This document shows, one piece after another, positions 41,273-50,875 of a DNA stretch of 64,000 bases (its first letter is position 1; every line of letters starts with the position of its first letter). Location: the NCBI GenBank assembly GCA_963701855.1, contig CAVPBK010000015.1, positions 13,885 to 77,884 on the forward strand. Reading direction: 5' to 3'. The stretch is from Nitrospirota bacterium. GTDB lineage: Bacteria > Nitrospirota > Nitrospiria > Nitrospirales > Nitrospiraceae. Made by a program: the position numbers and the translations under genes. Below the pieces are notes generated by a model that had not been told where the DNA came from, did no database searches, and saw only the letters and a program-made list of their open reading frames with translations.

Positions 41273-41728
41273 ATGACAACGCACACCTATGAAGAAATGC
41301 TTTCCAGCTCCACAGCAGTCGCCCGGTGGGATTGGAACGTGAGAAATGGAAACAATGATGTTGACCAAGCGTCTGCTGCGATACCGGCTAGGACCATTCC
41401 TCCGGGCCGCCGGTGTGAGGCGCGCATGGACTATCGGCGCATGTGTTCGTATGAGGTGCTCGAAGCCATTGAGGGAGAGTCGATCATCATCGAGCAAGGA
41501 GAGGCCTTCGCACTCAACCGGAGCACGGAAGGAATACTTCTCCTCTTAGCCTTGGCTCCTCATGTGAAACAATTGATCGAAGTACACACTCCCCGTTTCG
41601 GATGGGGCCAGACCGTGAACGTATTTGAAACCCGATGGGCCAAACCCCTACAGGTAGAGGCATTCGGAAATCTGTACCTGGTTGGATGCCAACGGATATT
41701 TGGCCCCCTTCACTATCTGTCGTTCTAG
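41273..41728 (+). CDS. Hypothetical protein (degenerate PilZ-like motifs)
   Basis: RCEAR and NRSTEG motifs; SD GGAGG. Confidence 0.6.
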   Translation: MTTHTYEEMLSSSTAVARWDWNVRNGNNDVDQASAAIPARTIPPGRRCEARMDYRRMCSYEVLEAIEGESIIIEQGEAFALNRSTEGILLLLALAPHVKQLIEVHTPRFGWGQTVNVFETRWAKPLQVEAFGNLYLVGCQRIFGPLHYLSF

Positions 41729-41854
41729 TATCCCATACCACTGACGGTTGATGCTCCCCTTCAGAATTCAGCTCCTCCTGTCTGCCACTTGCCCTCGCTG
41801 ATACAGAGGGGTAAGATTGGTCGTCTCCGCTCACCTACATCGATAGGAGGTGCT

Positions 41855-42623
41855 ATGGCCGTTCGCACCACACCCTCAAAACCACGAGTTTCTCTCGACC
41901 GAAACATCGAGCGGATGCGGAAACAGCTGGTCGAATTCGCCCCGTTTTTGGGCAAGGGCAAGCAGACACGCAGCCTGGAGGAGTTCGATCTGGAAACCGA
42001 ACGGCTGATCGAAGATCTCCTCGGACAGACGTTCTGACTTGCTGCATGCCTATGAGTATGCTGAGCTAGGTGAGGCGGCAGGATTGGTCAATATGACAGA
42101 TGAGGCGCCGGAAGGCACCGGCATGGATAGTGAGCGCCAAAGCCTGTTGCAGCGAGGCCGCGTGTTGGAAAGTTGTGTGTCGGAATTGGAAGCACGCCGA
42201 TCTGCCGGAACGAAGAAAAGCAAGGTCGGACGTACGCTCATTGGTCCGCAGATCGCCGAGCACATGTCCACTGAGGTTCGGGACGTGTCGCAGGATGCCA
42301 GCCTGCGACAGGCAGCGCAGCTGATGCAGCAATGGAAGATGGGGTCGTTGCTTGTCACCAACAGCCAATCATACGTCGGTATCATTACTGATTCAGCCCT
42401 GACTCGCGAGGTGGTGGCCAAGGGGTTGGATCCCAATACGACCGTGGTCAAAACATGCATGCGATCACCTGTGGCGACCATTGAAGGTGATCGGTCGATT
42501 ATCGATGCCGTGCGCATGATGAAGGAACGGGCTACCAGGCATCTGGCCGTGACACAAGACGGACAGATCATGGGGGTGATATCAGTCTCCAATATTCTGC
42601 GGTACTACTCGGGTATCGCCTAA
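41855..42623 (+). pseudogene. CBS domain protein, frameshifted near 42033
   Basis: ACG TTC TGA CTT: removing one T gives LGQTSDLLHAYEYA and fuses ORFs 41789..42037 and 42039..42623; C-terminal CBS pair. Confidence 0.75.
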
Positions 42624-42756
42624 CAGCATGTTGCGTGTCGTTCGTACAGCGTGGCCTGACCGGAGCGCATAGCTGATGGCTCGAAGGAGCCTGGGGTTTC
42701 ACTTTCGCTGCCATCGGTTATAAGCCATTCGTTCCCATAAGAACGGGAGGTGAGAG

Positions 42757-43116
42757 ATGGGTCCAACTAAGGCGATCGTGAAAGAGAATGGGCTCTATGA
42801 AGTGGTAGGAGGAAGGCTGATTAAGGACGGTTTTGTCGGCCGACAGGAACTTGAAGACTACGTGAAACACCATTATGTAATATTGCCAGTGCTCGACAAC
42901 GCGGGAAATCCCTGGCTGCTCGATGAAAAGCCGGTGTATTGTCTCCGTGGCACGCAATACGAAACCGTAGATGATCAGAGGGTACACCTCGCGCGTTGTC
43001 CGGATTGCGGTGGCATGGGAATCAGATCAGACGAATTTACGGTCGAATCGGATTGCATTCGCTGTACGGCCTGCGGGCATGAATTCGATGCGCGATTGGA
43101 AATGATGGAAACATAA
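42757..43116 (+). CDS. Hypothetical protein with a C-terminal zinc finger
   Basis: CPDCGG...CTACG; SD GGAGGT. Confidence 0.75.
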   Translation: MGPTKAIVKENGLYEVVGGRLIKDGFVGRQELEDYVKHHYVILPVLDNAGNPWLLDEKPVYCLRGTQYETVDDQRVHLARCPDCGGMGIRSDEFTVESDCIRCTACGHEFDARLEMMET

Positions 43117-43117
43117 A

Positions 43118-43191
43118 GAGGGGGCGGCCTTGTTGGTTTCCCGTGCTCACGGAACTCCCACGATGAAGCTGTGGTCGTTCGACGCGCGCAG
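43118..43191 (+). repeat. Hairpin repeat family member, right arm truncated
   Basis: GTGCTCACGGAACTCCCACGATGAAGCTGTGGTCGTTCGACGCGCGCAG right after a stop codon. Confidence 0.75.
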
Positions 43192-43337
43192 GTACATGTG
43201 TGTTGCTCTCGATAACATTATCTTTCCGAAAGCTTCATTCTTCGCCCGAGCCTGCAAGGGGAATTTGGAATATGCCTATGTATATCCGGGGGAATTTGGA
43301 TGTACATCGTGATGTATACTGTATTGCCACATCTGTA

Positions 43338-43366
43338 TTGACACATAGAGTAAAGAGAGTTAGGAT
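43338..43366 (+). promoter_or_regulatory. Sigma70 promoter of the first amoC
   Basis: TTGACA-17 bp-TAGGAT; upstream palindrome TACATCGTGATGTA (43303-43316). Confidence 0.7.
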
Positions 43367-43491
43367 TTCAGGGCAGCACACATACAGATGAATCAATATA
43401 GATTATCTGGGTCGGCTATGGTGAATATCGGCGGTTCTTCATATTAAGACAGAGGGGTGGATCACAGTTTTCTTAACAAGGAGGTCAGTGT

Positions 43492-44292
43492 ATGGCTAGT
43501 ACAACATGGGGAGGGGGGGCGGATCGGGGCTACGACATGTCGCTCTGGTACGATTCCCGGCCCCTCAAGATCGGCTGGTTTACGATGTTGGCGGCGGTAG
43601 GGGCCGAGGTCGTCTTTCAGCGCGTCTTTGGGTATTCCCACGGCTTGGACTCCATGACGCCGGAGTTCGAAAACGTCTGGATGGGGCTGTGGCGCTTTAA
43701 CGTGATTTCCAACATCATCTTCTCGGCCTCCACCCTCGGGTGGATATGGAGTACCCGGGATCGCAACATTGCCAACGTGGATCCCAAGACCGAGCTCAAG
43801 CGGTACTTCTATTGGATGATGTGGCTTGCGGTATACGTGTTCGGCGTGTACTGGGCGGGTTCGTACACTTTGGAGCAGGATGCGTCGTGGCACCAGGTGA
43901 TCATCCGCGACACCAGCTTCACGGCCAGCCATATCATTGCCTTCTACTTCACCTTCCCGTTGTACATCACCTGTGGCGTGGCGAGCTATCTGTATGCCAT
44001 GACCCGGCTGCCGCAGTTCAGCAAGGCGGTGTCGTTCCCCTTGGTGGGGGCGATCGTGGGGCCGATGATGATTCTTCCCAACGTGGGCCTCAATGAGTGG
44101 GGGCATGCGTTCTGGTTCGTCGATGAACTCTTTGCGGCGCCATTGCACTGGGGCTTTGTGACCCTGGGCTGGTGCGGATTGTTCGGGGGCACGGGCGGCG
44201 TCGCGGCGCAGATCGTCGCGCGCATGTCGAACCTGTGCGATGTGGTCTGGAACGACGAGAGCAAGGACTGCTTGCACGTGATTCCATACTAA
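43492..44292 (+). CDS. amoC: Ammonia monooxygenase subunit C (comammox type), stand-alone copy 1
   Basis: [31 protein letters not shown] metal-site motifs; SD AAGGAGGT. Confidence 0.95.
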   Translation: MASTTWGGGADRGYDMSLWYDSRPLKIGWFTMLAAVGAEVVFQRVFGYSHGLDSMTPEFENVWMGLWRFNVISNIIFSASTLGWIWSTRDRNIANVDPKTELKRYFYWMMWLAVYVFGVYWAGSYTLEQDASWHQVIIRDTSFTASHIIAFYFTFPLYITCGVASYLYAMTRLPQFSKAVSFPLVGAIVGPMMILPNVGLNEWGHAFWFVDELFAAPLHWGFVTLGWCGLFGGTGGVAAQIVARMSNLCDVVWNDESKDCLHVIPY

Positions 44293-44327
44293 GCTGAGCT
44301 GTCAGTTTCGGCGTTCTAAGCGCCAAC

Positions 44328-44367
44328 CACGGGCGACCTCCTATCTAGGAGATCGCCCGTGTCGTTT
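44328..44367 (+). terminator. Stem-loop after amoC copy 1
   Basis: CACGGGCGACCTCCTATCTAGGAGATCGCCCGTG; homologous hairpin after copy 2. Confidence 0.7.
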
Positions 44368-44997
44368 CAAAGTCAGACCTATCGCAAGAGCAAGGAAAGA
44401 GTACGCATGAACTATGTGAGCAGGTTTACTGCGCCATAGGTTTGTAGTGCAGTGTTAGCGAGACATAAGCGATGAGACCCTTCCTGTCTGACCTGTCCGA
44501 ACTCCAGGAGATATTCTCTCATTGACATAAAGATGAAGGCAGGAATATGAAAAATGTGATTGTGCTCTCACCATCAGAGAGGAGGTCGCTGATGGAAGAC
44601 CTTGGTTCACCGGATCAGAATGTCTCGGCGAATTGAAGGCGGATTGCTCGGCTGGACTGACACTTTCATCATCGATGTTCACATCGTTCTCGTATGCGGG
44701 ATCCACATAACAAGACTCGATCGAGAGAAGGAAGCTGACACAGCGGCTCCACCGTATGAGGTGAGCCACACTGTCAACGTCGAGTCGGCTCAAGATTCTC
44801 AATTGCATACGGGTCTTCCGGTATCACAAGCACACAAGGGTCGCCGGTATCATCCTAAGCGTCCATCACCTGCAGCGCATGGGTCTTTCCTTTCTCTTTC
44901 CCTTGATGGCTGCCCGTGGTGTTTCTCGTGCTGATATCACCCGGGGGTGGGCTAGAAGGAGAAGTAATTCAGATTTGATTCACCAAAGGAGGCCACC

Positions 44998-45450
44998 ATG
45001 CTAGTCCAAGACGTCATGTCAACCGGGATTGTAACGGTTCAGAAGACAGATACGATCCGATCAGCCGTGATGAAAATGATGCACCGTCACTGTGGGTCCC
45101 TTCCTGTGGTCGAGGCAGACAATCGGCTCGTTGGAGTGGTGACGTTGCGAGATGTCTTGATACAACTGTATCCTAACTATGGCGACTATATTCACGATAG
45201 CGTGCACAGCCGGAGTTTTGTCGAGATGGAAGATGGGTATCCCGAGGTGCTTGGTGGGAAAGTCGAAGACATCATGAGCAAGAATCCAATGACGGTCGCG
45301 CCCCACGATCCTATTCTGGAAGCCGCCTCATACATGGGTCTCAAGAACTTCCGTCGCATGCCCGTTGTCGACAAGGGCACGCTCGTTGGGATAGTCAGTA
45401 TCAGCGACATCAACCGCGGGTTATTCATAGAGAAGGGGATGCAGCGCTGA
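44998..45450 (+). CDS. CBS domain protein
   Basis: VQDVMS...LPVV...GVVTLRD and DIMSKN...MPVV...GIVSISD; SD AAGGAGG. Confidence 0.9.
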   Translation: MLVQDVMSTGIVTVQKTDTIRSAVMKMMHRHCGSLPVVEADNRLVGVVTLRDVLIQLYPNYGDYIHDSVHSRSFVEMEDGYPEVLGGKVEDIMSKNPMTVAPHDPILEAASYMGLKNFRRMPVVDKGTLVGIVSISDINRGLFIEKGMQR

Positions 45451-45453
45451 GCG

Positions 45454-45569
45454 AGCCCGCATTATTCATGACGGTTCGTCGCGAAATCACGCAGTCGCGC
45501 CTTTCTGCCAGTCTCGTTTGAGTCATGGATCGGCGATTGCGCAGAAGCTGCTCATGAATAATGTGAGTT
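45454..45569. mobile_element. Short MITE-like element
   Basis: AGCCCGCATTATTCATGA ... TCATGAATAATGTGAGTT, 15/18 inverted match. Confidence 0.55.
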
Positions 45570-45717
45570 AGGCTTGGCTGGCCGAGAAAATTGAACAGTC
45601 AATCGCCATCTTACGCATCACCCTTAGGCGACTTTCTGCGGCGGGAGCCTGTGATGATTTTCTCCAAGGGTACTCATCTTGTTTTTGCCTCATTCTGCGT
45701 CGGAGTCTATGTGGGGC

Positions 45718-45732
45718 TGGCACGGGGTATGC
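45718..45732 (+). promoter_or_regulatory. Putative sigma54 promoter upstream of amoC copy 2
   Basis: TGGCACGGGGTATGC with exact GG-N10-GC; a sigma70-like TTGACT...TATACG also at 45767-45794. Confidence 0.6.
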
Positions 45733-45894
45733 GTGTACGTGCCGATAAAATGTGGAGACAGTCTTGTTGACTTTCGTTCAAGAGGGGTTATACGTTGAAA
45801 TTGTACGTACAACGATTCATGTGAAAGGGGACAGCCCCCGTACGCACTGTCAGTGCAATCCCCGAGGTCACTCCGAACCAAGGAGGAGGTGGAT

Positions 45895-45963
45895 ATGATG
45901 GCAGACTTTAGTCCACCAGACCACAACGGCCCGCCGAGTCATGGGCGGGCTTCTCGTCAGTAG
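45895..45963 (+). CDS. Putative 22-aa leader peptide (uORF) in the amoC copy 2 leader
   Basis: Strong SD AAGGAGGAGGT then MMADFSPPDHNGPPSHGRASRQ*. Confidence 0.4.
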   Translation: MMADFSPPDHNGPPSHGRASRQ

Positions 45964-46192
45964 GCTAGCCAGTTCTACAGCGGCTCTTGTCTTGGCGTGC
46001 AGGCAACATCCATAACATATCGATGAGCCGTTGTAGGGCACCTGGGCAGGCAGGTTGAACACCAGCGGCTTCACAGAGCCGCGTCTCTTCTGACGGGTCG
46101 CCTTTTAATCCTATTCCTCGCACGGGTTTTCGTTACCAACTCACAGGTGTGTGTCTTGCGTACGTGACGTACGTGAGAAGGAGGTAAGGAAC

Positions 46193-46990
46193 ATGTCTAG
46201 TACAACATGGGGAGGTACCGACCGTGGGTATGATATGTCTCTCTGGTACGATTCCAGACCCCTCAAGATCGGCTGGTTCGCAATGTTGTTCGCGGTGGGC
46301 GCCGAGGTCGTGTTTCAGCGTCTGTTCGGCTACTCTCACGGCTTGGACTCGATGACGCCAGAGTTCGAAAACGTCTGGATGGGGCTGTGGAAGTTCAACG
46401 TGATTTCCAACATTATCAACGCGTCCGTGATCCTGGGGTGGCTTTGGAGTACGCGGGATCGCAACTTGGCCAACTTGGACCCTAAGACAGAGCTGAAGCG
46501 GTATTTTTACTGGATGATGTGGCTCGCGGTGTATGTGTTCGGTGTGTATTGGGCGGGGAGTTATACGCTCGAGCAGGACGCGTCGTGGCATCAGGTGATC
46601 ATCCGCGATACGAGTTTCACGGCTAGCCATATCATCGCCTTCTATTTCACCTTCCCGCTCTACATCACTATGGGCGTCGCGAGTTACCTCTATGCCATGA
46701 CCCGGTTGCCGCAGTTCAGTAAGGCGGTCTCATTCCCCTTGGTGGGGGCAATCGTGGGGCCGATGATGATTCTTCCCAACGTGGGCCTCAATGAGTGGGG
46801 CCATGCGTTCTGGTTCGTCGATGAACTCTTTGCGGCGCCGTTGCACTGGGGCTTTGTGACCCTGGGCTGGTGCGGGTTGTTCGGGGGCACGGGGGGCGTG
46901 GCGGCGCAGATCGTGGCGCGCATGTCCAATCTGTGCGATGTGGTTTGGAACAACGAGAGCAAGGATTGTTTGCACGTGATTCCGTACTAG
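46193..46990 (+). CDS. amoC: Ammonia monooxygenase subunit C (comammox type), stand-alone copy 2
   Basis: Same motifs as copy 1; SD AAGGAGGT before ATG 46193. Confidence 0.95.
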   Translation: MSSTTWGGTDRGYDMSLWYDSRPLKIGWFAMLFAVGAEVVFQRLFGYSHGLDSMTPEFENVWMGLWKFNVISNIINASVILGWLWSTRDRNLANLDPKTELKRYFYWMMWLAVYVFGVYWAGSYTLEQDASWHQVIIRDTSFTASHIIAFYFTFPLYITMGVASYLYAMTRLPQFSKAVSFPLVGAIVGPMMILPNVGLNEWGHAFWFVDELFAAPLHWGFVTLGWCGLFGGTGGVAAQIVARMSNLCDVVWNNESKDCLHVIPY

Positions 46991-47053
46991 ATCGTGCAGA
47001 CAGCTTTGGTGAGCTGGAAATAGAGAGGCCGTCGGTGTCCTCGTCGTTATCAT

Positions 47054-47096
47054 CGGGCGACCTCCTGCCTAGGGGGTCGCCCGTGTTGTTTATTTT
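47054..47096 (+). terminator. Intrinsic terminator after amoC copy 2
   Basis: CGGGCGACCTCCTGCCTAGGGGGTCGCCCG followed by TGTTGTTTATTTT. Confidence 0.75.
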
Positions 47097-47300
47097 GAAA
47101 AAGGAGCCCGAACCCGGCGGGGCGTTGCGCCCTGGTCATTCCACGACCTACAGCGTATAGCCTGACGCGTTGCGCAGCAGGGTGCTGGCATAGCAAGGGG
47201 CTCGGGCAGAGTCTTCAGAGTCATCGACGGCGATCAAGATTCGTGCGAGAAGATTATTCCCGCGAGGAGTTTCGTTGGGAGAGGATGCGACATCATAAAG

Positions 47301-47541
47301 TCACCAGACTTCTGTGGGGGAACGATGGAATTTCGCGACCACAGGAAACACGAGTGCGGCAACATCCCAGTAGCGCATGCGGATCGCGTTCGAATGGGTC
47401 CCGGCTTGGAATACGATTTCCTCGTCTTCCGTGAGCGATCGATCGACATACACAGGGAGCCTCTAGAGGTTGCCGAAGGGCGGCATGGCGCCCAACTCGC
47501 AGTCGGGAAACAGGCCTGTGATCTCATCCTCAGTTGCGACC
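47301..47541 (-). pseudogene. YbaK/EbsC (aminoacyl-tRNA deacylase) C-terminal remnant
   Basis: Minus frame ATEDEITGLFPDCELGAMPPFGNL*RLPVYVDRSLTEDEEIVFQAGTHSNAIRMRY...; internal TAG, no N-terminus. Confidence 0.8.
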
Positions 47542-47568
47542 TTTCTCTGAGGATCGTATGATAGGGCC

Positions 47569-48303
47569 ATGACTTTGGAACCTGTCACGCGCATCAAATC
47601 GAAGACGCCCGTGCCCTACGAACTCACGGCTATTCATCACGATACCCACGACACGAAGACCTTTTGCTTTGCCTTGCCTGACGACGCCACGTTGGACATG
47701 CTGCCCGGCGATTATCTTTACGTCCACGCGACGATCGATGGAAAAACAGTGAAACGGCCCTACACGCCCTCGTCGATGCCCGGCGCCACTGGGTACTTCG
47801 ACTTGACGGTCAAGCGGTACGAAACTGGCACGATTTCGAAGTATCTCCATGAGCGGGAGCCAGGAGATATCGTGCTGATGAGCGGGCCGAATCCTGGCGG
47901 CCATTGGGTAGACGGAATGGCGAAGCAGGTGGGGTTTGTGGCTGGCGGCACTGGCATCACCCCGATGATTGCCATCATTCGCTGGACTCTTGCCAAGAGC
48001 CTCCCTGTTGAGTTGTTTCTGGTCTTTGCCAACAAGGCCGAGGCCGACATCATCTTTCGAGACGAATGGGACGAGGATGCGCGCGAACACGCGAGCTTCA
48101 ATTGCTATCACGTTCTTGAGCAGCCACCTACAGGCTGGTCGCAGGGCACAGGCCGTATCACTGAGGACATTCTGCGAGGGCATCTTCCGCCGCCCGCTTC
48201 TGACACCGTGATCTTTCTCTGTGGCCCCCCGGCGATGGTCGATGCGCTGGAAGCCACTCTCAAATCGATCGGACATTCAGGGCAAGCCATCATTCTTCCA
48301 TAA
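47569..48303 (+). CDS. FAD/NAD(P)-binding oxidoreductase (cytochrome b5 reductase/FNR-like)
   Basis: KRPYTP, GTISKYL, AGGTGITPM, LCGPPAM. Confidence 0.9.
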   Translation: MTLEPVTRIKSKTPVPYELTAIHHDTHDTKTFCFALPDDATLDMLPGDYLYVHATIDGKTVKRPYTPSSMPGATGYFDLTVKRYETGTISKYLHEREPGDIVLMSGPNPGGHWVDGMAKQVGFVAGGTGITPMIAIIRWTLAKSLPVELFLVFANKAEADIIFRDEWDEDAREHASFNCYHVLEQPPTGWSQGTGRITEDILRGHLPPPASDTVIFLCGPPAMVDALEATLKSIGHSGQAIILP

Positions 48304-48447
48304 CTACTCCAACGTGCAGATTTTTCCTCTCTAGCCTCTGGCAATTGGGCTTGAACTCGCCCTGGTAACCCCCTGGTATCGGGTGATTCAAAGAAGGATA
48401 ATACATTCATCGTTGCACTGGTCGCTTTCACTTCCCGGGAGGCCGCT

Positions 48448-48933
48448 ATGCGAATCCTTCTAGCCGTCGACGAGTCCGAGAACTCCCATCGCGTTGTCCA
48501 GTATGTTGGATCTCTCCTGGGCCGAACACCAGATGTCGTCGTCACCCTCTTTCATGTGCTCAAGCCCATGCCCCGAGAGTTGTTGGAGCATGGCGGATCG
48601 GAGAATCCTGCCGCTGAGGAGGAATTGAGCGTGCAGTTGCGCAATGATCAGGATGCCTGGATTCGCAAGGAACGGGAATCCGAGTGCCATGTTCTGAAGA
48701 AGGCGTGCGAGATGCTGATAGAGGCAGGATTCGACACGAGCCACTTGGCGGTGAAGTATGGCCATGAGGATGATATTGCCAGAAATATTCTCGAAGAGGC
48801 GCGAATCGGATGTTACGACACCATCGTCATGGGGCGGCAGGGGACATCCCGAATCAAGCAGATCTTCGGCGGCGGCGTGACCGATCAATTACTGCGTGAC
48901 GCAAAGGGCTTTGCGATTTGGGTGGTGGAGTGA
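48448..48933 (+). CDS. Universal stress protein, close paralogue of 28775..29272
   Basis: Near-identical N-terminus and identical last 33 residues. Confidence 0.9.
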   Translation: MRILLAVDESENSHRVVQYVGSLLGRTPDVVVTLFHVLKPMPRELLEHGGSENPAAEEELSVQLRNDQDAWIRKERESECHVLKKACEMLIEAGFDTSHLAVKYGHEDDIARNILEEARIGCYDTIVMGRQGTSRIKQIFGGGVTDQLLRDAKGFAIWVVE

Positions 48934-49161
48934 AACGGTCAATGCCTCTCATATTGAGCAAGAGCTTGCCGCGAGAAGAAACGGAGCCGGGAGTTTCTGT
49001 TGGAGTGCCTCGTTTCGTGTGCGGCATTGCGTGGTTGCTCCTGCCTCGGTAAAATCACCCGCGTTGATCTTTTCTCCGAGACTGGCTGATCCCACGTGGT
49101 ATTTCGCTTACGCATCGAATATGAATCGTCGCAAATTGAAGGAGAATCGTCATAGCTGCCA

Positions 49162-49577
49162 TTGGCGTACGTTTCGGCTTTCTGGTCACTGGTCACACTC
49201 CTCTTTCTGAGTTGTGTCTCAGCGTCTGCGAAGTGGGTGGTTGTGGAGAAAGACTATTTGTTGCCAGGGCTACAGACTGTATATATCGATCCAGACACCA
49301 TTCACAGAGAGGGGAGTCGGGTGACGATGCGGCAATTAATTAACTTTAAGCGGATGCAAGGGAGTGCGAGAGGACCCACCAAATTTTTGTCTATGGAGAT
49401 GTACAAACAATTCGATTGTATGGAAAAGCGCTTTCGATTGTTTGCCTTCACGGGTTCTCAGGCCGTTTGGCAACCGGTATATCGGCTAATGGATAGGTAG
49501 AGAAGGACAACTGGATACCGGTTGAACCAGAGAGCATTAACCAAGCTCTATGGGAAGTGGTCTGCGGTAAAGAGTGA
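49162..49577 (+). pseudogene. Surface-adhesin E-like exported protein, frameshift plus stop
   Basis: AKWVVV...TVYIDPDTI...FDCMEKR; continues in another frame as FSGRLATGISANG*VEKDNWIPVEPESINQALWEVVCGKE*. Confidence 0.65.
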
Positions 49578-49763
49578 TCACACGACTGCTAGCAATCTTT
49601 GGCATAGAAGGTCACCCGCGATTACAGCATAGGGTCAACTGGTTCTGCCACTTGTCCCGAGGCATATGAGGCAGGGAATGATACAGAGCCTAAAGAAGTG
49701 CCGGTATGTGAGAAAAGGCGGCCTAGCCTTCCCTTTCCCAGTCCCCTGTGGATTCTGCCATTT

Positions 49764-50147
49764 CTATGTCTTCAACTTCCCGAAGATGCCTAGTGGCGAA
49801 TAGAGGGTATACCGCCAACTACTTGGGCCAAAGGAATAAAACGTGTATGCCCAGATAGCCACATCGGTCAGGTTGCCCCATTCGGCCTTTCCCTGCCACG
49901 CATGATACACCACTAACAAAATGCCTATGATAGAAATAAAGCGAAGGAGATGGCAGCCCACCGACAGCCGAAGAAGAGAGAGCGCCGTGGCTCCCATGAG
50001 ACCGCCAGCGAACAAATCCGATGCGAAGAGGGCACCATCGGTAAGATCTCTAGAAAAAAAATGCCATGCTCCCATCCACATGAGGAGAACATGAAAACCC
50101 CACCACGTAATCGTCCCAAGAATCACATCCCTCTGCGAGGTCTCCAT
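49764..50147 (-). CDS. Hypothetical membrane protein
   Basis: Three to four hydrophobic segments; start uncertain. Confidence 0.45.
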   Translation of the reverse strand: METSQRDVILGTITWWGFHVLLMWMGAWHFFSRDLTDGALFASDLFAGGLMGATALSLLRLSVGCHLLRFISIIGILLVVYHAWQGKAEWGNLTDVAIWAYTFYSFGPSSWRYTLYSPLGIFGKLKT

Positions 50148-50430
50148 GGAACAGTCCTCATCTACTCCGGTTACTGACGACAGTCTTTCGCTCCAATGCA
50201 ATTCTTCGCACCTGTGTCTGCGACCAACCGCCACATACATTATGTGGCTCAGTGCGTCCGTGCTACCGCACGCGAGCGGGATACTATAGCAGAAACCGAT
50301 AACGAAAAGCGGCATTGCGTGGGCGCCTAAGTCTCGTTAGAATCCACCCACCTTGATCTTCTCTCAGAGACTGGTTGATCTCATGTGGTATTTTACGGAT
50401 GCATCAAATATGAATCGTCGGCCAATTGGG

Positions 50431-50817
50431 ATGAGGTACTATGTAGCGGTGTCCGCGCTATTTGTCTTTGCCGTTCTGGCAAATCCATGTGGCGCGCAAG
50501 CGCCGCCACCCGTGCCAACCACGCCTCCGGTTCAGACTCAAGCCGGACAGACGCCACAAGCCACTATGCCATCGGCTACGTCGAGTGCTGGGGCCTCCAC
50601 AGCCGGGTCCGCATCTGTGTCGAGTCCCGGGGTTGGCTCCTCAAGGAGTTCAGATGTCGGGAAGAGGTTTGGTTCCGTCGGACAAGGTCTCCCCGGAATG
50701 CCTGGCGGCCCGCCGATTAAGGAATCAATGGGGTTCCAGGATCCCTCAAGCCGGTACATGCGCCCCCCGGTGATTCCAGCTTTGCTGTGCGACCCGGCCA
50801 TCAATATCCCTTGCTAG
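50431..50817 (+). CDS. Hypothetical exported low-complexity protein
   Basis: Signal peptide, P/S/T-rich linker, C-terminal LCDPAINIPC. Confidence 0.55.
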   Translation: MRYYVAVSALFVFAVLANPCGAQAPPPVPTTPPVQTQAGQTPQATMPSATSSAGASTAGSASVSSPGVGSSRSSDVGKRFGSVGQGLPGMPGGPPIKESMGFQDPSSRYMRPPVIPALLCDPAINIPC

Positions 50818-50875
50818 CTGATTGTTCTGGTTCTTCTGGCCCATCTGGTTCAACCAAACAAACCAGAGCAACTAG

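Noticed and set aside
45578..45625. ORF6N N-terminal remnant (AEKIEQSIAILR)
   Set aside because: Only about 12 codons of similarity, too short to support.
43492..46990. Methane monooxygenase pmoC
   Set aside because: The [13 protein letters not shown] and GSYTLEQD motifs and the genomic context fit comammox AmoC better; phylogeny is needed for certainty.
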